The notes beneath the pieces were generated by a model that saw only the letters and a list, made by a program, of their open reading frames with translations, did not search any database and was not told the DNA's origin. The position numbers and the translations under genes were made by a program. From contig OZ024764.1 of assembly GCA_964016885.1 (NCBI GenBank), positions 434,001 to 498,000 of the forward strand: a stretch of DNA of 64,000 nucleotides, given 5' to 3'. Origin of the DNA: Eledone cirrhosa (lineage: Eukaryota). Shown piece after piece: positions 52,293 to 63,557 of the stretch. Positions within the stretch are counted from its first letter, which is position 1, and each line of letters begins with the position of its first letter.

Positions 52293-52762
52293 ATATGTAT
52301 GTGTGTATATATATATATATATACACACGTGTGTATATATATATATGTGTGTATATATATATATATATACACACGTGTGTATATATATATATACAACTGT
52401 GTGTGTATATATATATACACACACATATGTGTATATATATATATACACATGTGTATATATATATACACACTTGTGTGTATATATATATACACACTTGTGT
52501 GTATATATATATACACACTTGTGTGTATATATATATACGCACATGTGTATATATATATATATACACACACATATGTGTATATATATATATACACGTGTAT
52601 ATATATATATACACACTTATGTGTGTATATATATATACGCACATGTGTGTGTATATATATATATATATATATACACACATGTGTGTATATATATATATAT
52701 ATACACACACATATGTGTATATATATATACACACGTGTGTGTATATATATATATATATACAC

Positions 52763-52806
<44 letters not shown>

Positions 52807-52978
52807 GCCTGTATATATATATATATATACACACACACACATGTGTATATATATATGTATATACACACACGTGTGTGTATATATATATATACACACACAC
52901 ACATGTGTATAGATATATATATAGATGTGTATATATATATATATACACACACACACATCTGTATAGATATATATATAG

Positions 52979-53042
<64 letters not shown>
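52196..53042. repeat. (TA)n/(CA)/(TG) compound array
   Basis: Direct inspection. Confidence 0.9.
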
Positions 53043-53046
<4 letters not shown>

Positions 53047-53623
53047 AAATGGGGAGAAGAATACTGCAGGTTGCACATGGATAACATGTTATAAAATAAG
53101 TCCCTCATCAGTGATTTGCCGACGATCATAGATATTTCATTGCATTAAAAATCATATACCTCACGTCGGTGCAATAATAACTAAATTAAGTTATTAGGAC
53201 AATTAAAACGCGTAAAGCGAGTGAGACAAGTAACAACAAAGAGGAAAGCTAACCGTAGATAGGAAGGGCACAAGCTACAAACTGACAAAGCTCCCTGATA
53301 GCATAGCCAGGCTAGGGATTTCTGGAAAATTTCCATGGGCTTTGGACTGAAAGTCCTAAAAAGAGTGGCTCGATGATTTTTGTCAATACCTAGGGTTTCC
53401 CCCAAATCATTGTCACTTTTTTCTGCCATTAACCCTCTATATATATATATATATACACACACGTGTGTATATCGGTGTATATAAGTCTCATCATCATCAT
53501 TAATGTCCATTAAATGATGATGATGATGATGATAACGATGCATGCATATATATATATATGCACACACTTACACACACACCTAAATGAGCCCTAAATGTAT
53601 GCCCTTCTCTCTTTCTATTCCAG

Positions 53624-53760
53624 ATGAACCCTATTTTAGTGACAACGCTGTGGAGACCCTACAACACCTCACAGAATCCGGGATCCTGCAAGCCCAGGTT
53701 GTAAGTCGAGCAGAGGATGGAACTCCTTATGTACATATATACCAGATTAATGGTAACAAG
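53624..53760 (+). CDS. AKAP1: AKAP1 coding exon 7
   Basis: (D)EPYFSDNAVETLQHLTESGILQAQVVSRAEDGTPYVHIYQINGNK. Acceptor TTCCAG, donor GTAATG, phase 1 to 0. Confidence 0.9.
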
Positions 53761-54146
53761 GTAATGAAGGCCCCTGAATCACATCTATAATTTCTCCTCT
53801 CTCTCTCTCTCTCTCTATACATATATATGTATACACACACACATTTATATATATATATATATACATATATATGTATACACACACACATTTATATATATAC
53901 ATATATATGTATACACACACACATTTATATATATATATGTATCTATATGTATACACACACACATTTATATATATATATATATATATACATATATATGTAT
54001 ACACACACACACATTTATATATATATATACATATATATGTATACACACACACATTTATATATATATATACATATATATGTATACACACACACATTTATAT
54101 ATATATATGTATATATATACTTAATCACTGAATCACATCTATAATT

Positions 54147-54182
<36 letters not shown>

Positions 54183-54364
54183 CTATATATATATATATAT
54201 AGTATTAGTTATACTATTTATGGTTATGTAAACACAAAACCTTAAGCAGTTGTAAGTATTTTACACACACCCTAAATAGTGGTAGGCAGTAATGTATTAC
54301 TACCTTATTACCAGTAAGTTAAGTAGCTCAATGTAAAAACATCAGATGATTTACAGAGCAGTTA

Positions 54365-54950
54365 TATGAAATATAAGAATCAAAGAACTGTTCAAAACAT
54401 TATTGTGCTTACAGCTGTTTCCTCCAAACCGAGGTTTGGATTCTTCGGAGCAATTTATTAATGCATGGACAGTTATATGACCTCCTTTTCAGCCGAGAGA
54501 CATATAAATCATATAAAGACTTTGCCACCAGATCTACCAACCTAACACTCTTATTTACCTACCTAAGTGCCTCTACCACACATATCTCTCTGCCACACTA
54601 TATAAACAAGACGCACATGCGTGCCACACATATAACATTTGCACTATATAACCACTTATCTTCATGTTGTACTTTAACCTATATCTTTGATTTTTGATTG
54701 TACCTATTAATATAAATGTAATCTCGAAGTGTGTACTGCCACTCTAAATTCTGTAATGAATGTTGACCCACAATGTTTGAATATGTATCAATGTTTGAAT
54801 ATGTATTGGTATGTCTCTCGGCTGAAAAGGAGGTCATATAACTGTCCATGCATTAATAAATTGCTCCGAAGAATCCAAACCTCGGTTTGGAGGAAACAGC
54901 TGTAAGCACAATAATGTTTTGAACAGTTCTTTGATTCTTATATTTCATAT
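54365..54950. mobile_element. Fold-back element with paired CCGAAGA-variant hammerheads (family D)
   Basis: Arms at ~54365-54505 and ~54810-54950. On +: TGCT-CCGAAGA (54866-54872)-ATCCAAAC-CTCG-GTTTGGAG-GAAA-CAGCTG-TA-AGCA. Confidence 0.8.
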
Positions 54951-55074
54951 ATATATATATATATATATGTATACACACGCACATATATATATATATACTT
55001 AATATAAATTCAGTGAGAATTGTATTTCAGCAGGTAAAAATAAGCAAAACTCAATTGTATATATACTTATACCA

Positions 55075-55158
55075 TTTCATTTCATTTTACGTCCACTTTT
55101 CCCTGCTTGCAAGGGTGGGACGGGAACTGATTCTGGCTTGATTTCTACAGCTGGATGC

Positions 55159-55162
<4 letters not shown>
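55075..55162 (-). mobile_element. CORE-SINE S1 3' fragment
   Basis: Tail sequence only. Confidence 0.8.
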
Positions 55163-55196
<34 letters not shown>

Positions 55197-55304
55197 AGTT
55201 TATGTTGGTTGTATACCAACACCTAAGGAACTGGGCATATCAAGGTATTGACAATATTATACACCTAAACAACATATGTACTTGTCTCTACCACACTAAT
55301 TCAA

Positions 55305-55359
55305 ACTGCCTGAAGAGGTCACAGCCAAAGATGGCTGTCACTGAAATATATATAGCAGT
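55305..55359 (+). ncRNA. Type-I hammerhead motif (family G), sense to AKAP1
   Basis: ACTGC-CTGAAGA (55310-55316)...GAAA-TATATA-TA-GCAGT. Confidence 0.8.
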
Positions 55360-55431
55360 AATAAACGAAGCTAAATTTTAATCATTTGACTTTTATTTAA
55401 CTTTATTTTATATATATATATATATATACAT

Positions 55432-55941
55432 ATATTGTTATACTTTGGGAGGGTCATGTTGCCAATAAGAAACACACGCACCAGTTCCTTTCACTTCAAT
55501 TTATTATAATAAATTTATAATAAATTTATAAATTTATAAATTTCTGGTTGGTTGGTTGGTTCCACAACCAGATAGTTGTTTATATATAGTCATAGTTCTT
55601 TCGTCACACACTCTGTGACTGGGGATTCCTTTCTTTGTTTCTGTGCCTCTTTGTTCTGTCCTACGCCATTTTGTTTCTGTAGAAACAAAATGGCGTAGGA
55701 CAGAACAAAGGAGAGGCACAGAAACAAAGAAAGGAATCCCCAGTCACTGAAGAGGTCACAGAGTGTGTGACGAAAGAACTATGACTATATATAAACAACT
55801 ATCTGGTTGTGGAACCAACCAACCAACCAGAAATTTATAAATTTATAAATTTATTATAAATTTATTATAATAAATTGAAGTGAAAGGAACTGGTGCGTGT
55901 GTTTCTTATTGGCAACATGACCCTCCCAAAGTATAACAATA
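55432..55941. mobile_element. ~500-bp palindrome of Penelope-pLTR-like sequence with a family-E hammerhead in the right arm (55742-55786)
   Basis: Centre TTTCT-GT-AGAAA at ~55680. On +: AGTCA-CTGAAGA-GGTCAC..GTGAC-GAAAGAACTA-TGACT. Confidence 0.82.
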
Positions 55942-56178
55942 TCGGTTTCAACACACGATTTCAGATAAAGAATCTTGCTAAACAAATTCAGAAACGAAAT
56001 ATATATATATATATATATATATATAGGTGTATATATATATGTATGTGTGTCTATATATATATACATGTATATACTTACGTATATATATGTACATGTATAT
56101 ACATATAAATATATATATATATATATATATTATAAAATAACAGGAGGCTGGACTGGTGTAAATCCTTGAAAGGTTTAT

Positions 56179-56238
56179 TATACTATGATAATTTCAATGA
56201 CCGGGTTCAGTATGAATCCGGTGACATCATCAGGTATT
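56179..56238 (-). ncRNA. Type-I hammerhead motif
   Basis: Reverse strand ATAC-CTGATGA-..ACCGGATTCA-TAC-TGAACCCGGT..-GAAAT-TATC-ATA-GTAT. Confidence 0.7.
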
Positions 56239-56379
56239 CAAAATATAACAAAGGAATATAACAGACAAAATCCATGGGGCTGAAAATCAGAGACAAGAGG
56301 ACGACCGACTATTTAGCAGCTTCTACCTCAGTTGGCCACCCTCGAGTGTTGATTATTAAGTCTACTTATGTATATATAT

Positions 56380-56770
56380 GGAGGCACATGGCTTAGTGGT
56401 TAGAGCATTGGCCTTGCAATCGAAAGGTTGTGAGTTCAATTCTCAGACCGGGTGATGTTGTTTCCTTGAGCAAGACACTTTATTTCACATTGCTCCAGTT
56501 TACTCAGCTGTAGAAATGAGATGATAGGGACTGGGGTCCCTATCATTCCACTGCAAAGTGGTCGTGGAGGTGCCACGGCAAAAAAGCACCCAGTACTCAC
56601 TGCAAAGTGGTCGTGGAGGCGCCACGGCAAAAAAGTACCCAGCACTCTCTGTAAATGAGGTTGGTGTTAGGAAGGGCATCCAGCTGTAGAAATCAAGCCA
56701 GAATCAGTTCCCGTCCCACCCTTGCAAGCAGGGAGAAGCGGACGTAAAATGAAATGATGAAAATGATGAT
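56380..56770 (+). mobile_element. CORE-SINE S1 with a ~50-bp internal duplication
   Basis: CACTGCAAAGTGGTCGTGGAGG..CCACGGCAAAAAAG.ACCCAG occurs twice. Confidence 0.9.
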
Positions 56771-56864
56771 ATATACATACATATAAATGTGCGTCTACAG
56801 CTTTCTTTCCCTCTCTCACTCAAACTGCTTGCCACACTCCACTCAAGTCTCTTTCTATTTCCAG

Positions 56865-56927
56865 GTCACATTCGTCAACAGAGAATTAGTTAACAGAAAT
56901 GTCGTGCAGTGGATTGAAATTCTATAA
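56865..56927 (+). CDS. AKAP1: AKAP1 terminal coding exon
   Basis: Acceptor TTCCAG. VTFVNRELVNRNVVQWIEIL* resembles vertebrate VVLINRSLVERGLAQW. Stop TAA at 56925-56927. Confidence 0.9.
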   Translation, partial: VTFVNRELVNRNVVQWIEIL

Positions 56928-57070
56928 ACAACAACTACAACAACTACAGTAACCAGAATAGCAACAACAACAACAGTAACAACTACAACAACAGTAACAA
57001 CAGTAACAACTACAACAGCAACAATAGTAACAACAACAACAAAAGCATCATCATCAACAACAGCCGCTAC

Positions 57071-57076
57071 AATAAA
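57071..57076 (+). promoter_or_regulatory. Candidate polyadenylation signal
   Basis: First AATAAA after the stop, followed ~30 nt later by a T-rich tract. Confidence 0.3.
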
Positions 57077-57294
57077 TACAACAACAATAACAGCAGCAAC
57101 AACTTTTTTTCTCATATCCACAGATCACACATTTTGCGACAATAACCATGGACGTTAGTTTCACCCCCGTCTTATCTGTCTCAGATCCTTGGACCCTAAT
57201 CCTAACTTAATGCCTCTCTTAATCTTTATTTCTCTCTCTATTCCTTTTTTTTTTTTTTTTCTTTTTTTTTTTTTTCGGGTGTGTGTTTTATTAG

Positions 57295-57625
57295 TAATAG
57301 AAAGAACAATGGAGACATTGTTTCCTTGGTTTGATCTGATGGTCAGCTCCTTTCTTCTGCCAGGAGTTGTGACTGACAGATAGTATCGGTAATGGAAAGA
57401 CCAATGGAGACATTGTTTCCTTGGTCTGATCTGATGGTCAGCTCCTTTCTTCTGCCAGGAGTTGTGACTGACAGATAGTATCAGTAATGGAAAGACCAAT
57501 GGAAATATTGTTTCCTTGGTTTGATCTGATGATCAGCTCCTTTCTTCTGCCAGGAGTTGTGACAGACAGATAGTATCAGTAATGGAAAGACCAATGGAAA
57601 CATTGTTTCCTTGGTCCAATCTAGT
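57295..57625 (+). repeat. 95-bp tandem repeat (~3.4 copies) derived from the S3 SINE body
   Basis: Period 95 (57301, 57396, 57491). The unit matches the reverse complement of 38590-38682. Confidence 0.85.
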
Positions 57626-57793
57626 GATTGTCTTCTTTCAGACTATTCTCTTTGCTTCGCCCTCCCCCTCATTCAAAGTGGTGCCTCATCACGGCTGCAG
57701 TCTAATGACTGAAATTAGTAAAAAAAAATATAAATGTATATATATAAATGTATATAGTACACACTATATAATATACACACACAAACACATATA

Positions 57794-57890
57794 CAGGGTG
57801 TATAAAAAAGAATCATCCAATTTCAAAAGGCTATATTTGTTTAAAATATATAGCCTTTTAAAATCGGATGATGCTTTTTGATACACCCCG
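57794..57890. mobile_element. Tc1/mariner-type MITE (~97 bp hairpin)
   Basis: TA|CAGGGTGTAT...ATACACCCCG|TA with internal inverted similarity. Confidence 0.7.
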
Positions 57891-57924
57891 TATATATATA
57901 TATATATATATATACGTACACACT

Positions 57925-57955
<31 letters not shown>

Positions 57956-58384
57956 TACATACACACACACATATAGTTTCATTGAGTACTAGACTGTACA
58001 ATTTCATGTAATTCTGTTTAAAAACCCTTCATATTTTCAAAACTAGTCAATTAAATTCTTATAAAAAGTAAATAAATATATAAATAGTTAATATATATGT
58101 ATATATATATATATATATATAATGTTTGCGTGTGTGTGTATATATATATATACATGTACACACACACACACACACACTCACGCATGCATTTAGTTGGACC
58201 ACATGGATTGAACTATTAGTTTCATAGTTTGTGTTGATAAAGGTACACATTGTAGAAAGTGTAGAAAAGTGTTGTTTTTTTTGTTTTTATTTGTTTAGAG
58301 GGTTACAGCAATGCAAATACAACATTAAATGTTAAAATATAACTATAACAAAGTTAGAATATTTTAACCTGGAGGTATTTGAGT

Positions 58385-58426
58385 AGCCCTTAATATTTCG
58401 GAACAAGTCTCCTTTATCAAAAGCAC
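58385..58426 (-). ncRNA. Hammerhead motif, UUGAUAA variant
   Basis: Reverse strand GCTT-TTGATAA-AGGAGAC-TT-GTTCC-GAAA-TATT-AAGGGC. Confidence 0.45.
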
Positions 58427-58591
58427 AATCGAAGAAGCTAATACGGAGCAGTTTATCTTGTGTTGTTAATCTGTCACCATTGCATCATTGTAGTCCTCTA
58501 AAGCAAACTACATCATCTTCTCCTCTTATATAAATGTAAATTAAAGCTAGCCAGCCGAAATTAAGGAAAGACCCCATTGGGACTGTGTGTG

Positions 58592-58632
<41 letters not shown>

Positions 58633-58880
58633 TCTCTCTCTCACTATATATATATATGTATCATTTAAATCTATCTATCTTATATATAGTTATGTAATAA
58701 ACAACATAAGGCAATTATTCCATTTACCAGTGGTTTCTTAAAAGCAAAAAAATTTTGCTTTCAATCATCAGAATGAAAAAATCCTGGCGTATTTATTGAC
58801 GTTGGATTTTATATATATATAACAGCTTTCTTGTGATTAGCTCTTCTCATTATACTATGAATTATATATATATATTACAG

Positions 58881-59185
58881 ATAACGAGGAATCAGTGATA
58901 CATTAAAACAATTTATTAACATATGACATATGTTTCTCCGACGATCAGCTCAAGGCAAGGATCTATTATAGGTCGAACCTGACTCTGCACTCACAGAGTA
59001 CTCAGATAAGTTTATCGTTTTCAAGGTAGTATGAAGAAATGCCTTAAAAACGATAAACATATCTGAGGACCTTGCGAGTGCAGAGTCAGGTTCGGCCTAT
59101 AATAGATCCTTGCCTTGAGCTGATCGTCGGAGAAACACATGTAATATGTTAATAAATTGTGTTTTAATGTATCGGTGATTCCTCG

Positions 59186-59189
<4 letters not shown>
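58881..59189. mobile_element. Fold-back element; right arm holds a hammerhead with ~60-nt stem II region (59056-59150)
   Basis: ~145-bp diverged inverted arms. On +: AACATAT-CTGAGGA (59063-59069)...GAAAC-ACAT-GTA-ATATGTT. Confidence 0.75.
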
Positions 59190-59222
<33 letters not shown>

Positions 59223-59553
59223 ATACAATAACAGAGAAAGCTTTAAGCTAAACTCCGACTGGTAACCATCTCACTCAACAAACATTAGGTTATATGTTAG
59301 TATAAACCCAATTTAGTGTTTGGGGTGCTAACTATATGTATTTTGTGGAAAGCCAGTTGTATTATTTTATATGAGATATAATTAAAGTTAAAATATATCT
59401 CTCTTTCCAAACAATATATATATATATATAACGAGGAATATATATATATATATATATATATAACGAGGAATATATATATATATATAGTCTGCTCCGAGTG
59501 AGCATCGAGTGCTCAAACAGCATACCACCTACGGATGCATTTATTGCAATCTT

Positions 59554-59665
<112 letters not shown>

Positions 59666-59885
59666 TTTAGGTTTAATCAATACATATAAATATAAATTGA
59701 TTGTTTCTCAATAAATAAACTTCATGAACATCAGTTCAGGGCATAAATTATACAAGTTTAACACTTGTTTAACACGGCCAGAATTCTTTCACCTCGTTCT
59801 ATTCAGACCAGCCGATCATACTAATGTACATATAGATAATGTAGTGTTCTCAAAATAAATAATATCTAAATCTCATAGATTCCAT

Positions 59886-62062
59886 ATTATGTGAGGTAAA
59901 GCCTTTACTGTGAAAATACAATAGTATATATAGAGTAATGTAAATGTTATGAGAGACATTATGTGAGGTAAAGCCTTTACTGTGAAAATATAATAGTATA
60001 TATAGAGTAATGTAAATGTTATGTGAGATATTATGTGAGGTAAAGCCTTTACTGTGAAAATACAATAGTATATATAGAGAGTAATGTAAATGTTATGAGA
60101 GACATTATGTGAGGTAAAGCCTTTACTGTGAAAATACAATAGTATATATAGAGTAATGTAAATGTTATGTGAGATATTATGTGAGGTAAAGCCTTTACTG
60201 TGAAAATACAATAGTATATATAGAGTAATGTAAATGTTGTGAGATATTATGTGAGGTAAAGCCTTTACTGTGAAAATACAATAGTATATATAGAGTAATG
60301 TAAATGTTATGTGAGATATCATGTGAGGTAAAGCCTTTACTGTGACAATACAATAGTATATATAGAGTAATGTAAATGTTATGAGAGACATTATGTGAGG
60401 TAAAGCCTTTACTGTGGAAATACAATAGTATATATAGAGTAATGTAAATGTTATGAGAGATATTATGTGAGGTAAAGCCTTTACTGTGAAAATACAATAG
60501 TATATATAGAGTAATGTAAATGTTATGTGAGGTATTATGTGAGGTAAAGCCTTTACTGTGAAAATATAATAGTATATATAGAGTAATGTAAATGTTATGT
60601 GAGGTAAAGCCTTTATTGTGAAAATATAATAGTATATATAGAGTAATGTAAATGTTATGTGAGGTAAAGCCTTTACTGTGAAAATATAATAGTATATATA
60701 GAGTAATGTAAATGTTATGTGAGGTATTATGTGAGGTAAAGCCTTTACTGTGAAAATACAATAGTATATATAGAGTAATGTAAATGTTATGTGAGATATT
60801 ATGTGAGGTAAAGCCTTTACTGTGAAAATACAATAGTATATATAGAGTAATGTAAATGTTATGAGAGACATTATGTGAGGTAAAGCCTTTACTGTGAAAA
60901 TATAATAGTATATATAGAGTAATGTAAATGTTATGTGAGATATTATGTGAGGTAAAGCCTTTACTGTGAAAATACAATAGTATATATAGAGTAATGTAAA
61001 TGTTATGCGAGATATTATGTGAGGTAAAGCCTTTACTGTGAAAATAGTATAGTATATATAGAGTAATGTAAATGTTATGTGAGATATTATGTGAGGTAAA
61101 GCCTTTACTGTGAAAATACAATAGTATATATAGAGAGTAATGTAAATGTTATGAGAGACATTATGTGAGGTAAAGCCTTTACTGTGAAAATACAATAGTA
61201 TATATAGAGTAATGTAAATGTTATGTGAGATATTATGTGAGGTAAAGCCTTTACTGTGAAAATACAATAGTATATATAGAGTAATGTAAATGTTGTGAGA
61301 TATTATGTGAGGTAAAGCCTTTACTGTGAAAATACAATAGTATATATAGAGTAATGTAAATGTTATGTGAGATATCATGTGAGGTAAAGCCTTTACTGTG
61401 ACAATACAATAGTATATATAGAGTAATGTAAATGTTATGAGAGACATTATGTGAGGTAAAACCTTTACTGTGGAAATACAATAGTATATATAGAGTAATG
61501 TAAATGTTATGAGAGATATTATGTGAGGTAAAGCCTTTACTGTGAAAATACAATAGTATATATAGAGTAATGTAAATGTTATGTGAGGTATTATGTGAGG
61601 TAAAGCCTTTACTGTGAAAATATAATAGTATATATAGAGTAATGTAAATGTTATGTGAGGTAAAGCCTTTATTGTGAAAATATAATAGTATATATAGAGT
61701 AATGTAAATGTTATGTGAGGTAAAGCCTTTACTGTGAAAATATAATAGTATATATAGAGTAATGTAAATGTTATGTGAGGTATTATGTGAGGTAAAGCCT
61801 TTACTGTGAAAATACAATAGTATATATAGAGTAATGTAAATGTTATGTGAGATATTATGTGAGGTAAAGCCTTTACTGTGAAAATACAATAGTATATATA
61901 GAGTAATGTAAATGTTATGAGAGACATTATGTGAGATAAAGCTTTTACTGTGAAAATACAATAGTATATATAGAGTACTGTAAATGTTATGTGAGGTATT
62001 ATGTGAGGTAAAGCCTTTACTGTGAAAATACAATAGTATATATAGAGTAATGTAAATGTTAA
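59886..62062. repeat. 72-bp satellite (with 60-bp variants), ~30 copies, 1056-bp higher-order repeat
   Basis: Unit ATTATGTGAGGTAAAGCCTTTACTGTGAAAATACAATAGTATATATAGAGTAATGTAAATGTTATGTGAGAT. Rare variants recur at +1056. Confidence 0.95.
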
Positions 62063-62190
62063 AGGGTTAAACAATATATAACGGGATATATATCAATTGA
62101 GAAACTACTAGACAATATATTGTTTATATACAGAACCATTTCTGTAAGTAGACGTTAACATCGCTTAGAGTATATTTATCTACCTAGTGT

Positions 62191-62231
<41 letters not shown>

Positions 62232-62454
62232 GGACATATATATACACAATGTGCACCCTAATGTGCCTTGAGTACCATCTTGATGTGTAGTCACCTCAGA
62301 CTTTGACCTATGAACACTATATATATATATATATATTTATATAAATATATATATGTGAAGTAATTCTGTCGGAAAGGTCCAGGAAAAAAGAGTGCTCTAT
62401 GTAGGTTACAGAACTATATAAATATATATGCATATGTATATATATATATACATG

Positions 62455-62492
<38 letters not shown>

Positions 62493-62584
62493 AATATATA
62501 TGTCTAAATAGGAGTGAAAGGCCCCCAGTTGTTGTCATAACACTTTTCTAGGAAAGGGAAGCTCTGAAAAAAGAAACACTATAT

Positions 62585-63334
62585 ATGTTGTCCAAGGGAA
62601 AGGTAATGGCTGATACAGCTTGGGACCTGTGGTGTCACAACTCATATATACACTATATATATATATATATATATTGTATATACACTATATATATATTGTA
62701 TATACACTATATATGATGGTGTCCAAGGCTGATACAGCTTGGTACCAGTGGTGTCACAACTCATTTCTACATTGTATACACTATATATACATTGTATATA
62801 CACTATATATATATATAGTGTATATACACTATATATATATTATATATACACTATATATATATTATATATATTGTATATACATATTATATATATATATTAT
62901 ATATATTGTATATACACTATATATATATTATATATACACTATATATATATTATATATACACTATATATATTATATATACACTATATATATATTATATATA
63001 CACTATATATATATATATTGTATATACACTATATATGATGGTGTCCAAGGCTGATACAGCTTGGTACCAGTGGTGTCACAACTCATTTCTACAGCTGAGT
63101 AAACTGGAGCATCGTGATATAAAGTGTCTTGCTCAAGGACACAACACATCACCCGGTGTTTGCAATCGTGAGGTTGTGAGTTTGATTCCCAGACCGGGTG
63201 ATGTGTTGTGTCCTTGAACAAGACACTTTATTTCACGTTGCTCCAGTTTACTCAGCTGTAGAAATGAGTTGTGATGCCACTGGTGCCAAGTTGTAGCAGC
63301 CATTGCCTTTCTCTTGGACAACATATATAGTTTA

Positions 63335-63369
<35 letters not shown>

Positions 63370-63428
63370 ATATCACTGGTGCCAAGCTGTAACAGCCATT
63401 ACCTTTCCTTTGGACAACATATAGTGTA

Positions 63429-63459
<31 letters not shown>

Positions 63460-63516
63460 CACTGGTGCCAAGCTGTAGCAGCCATTGCCTTTCTCTTGGA
63501 CAACATATATAGTTTA

Positions 63517-63557
<41 letters not shown>

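Noticed and set aside
59873-62074. 733-aa ORF on the - strand
   Set aside because: Product of a 72-bp (multiple of 3) satellite.
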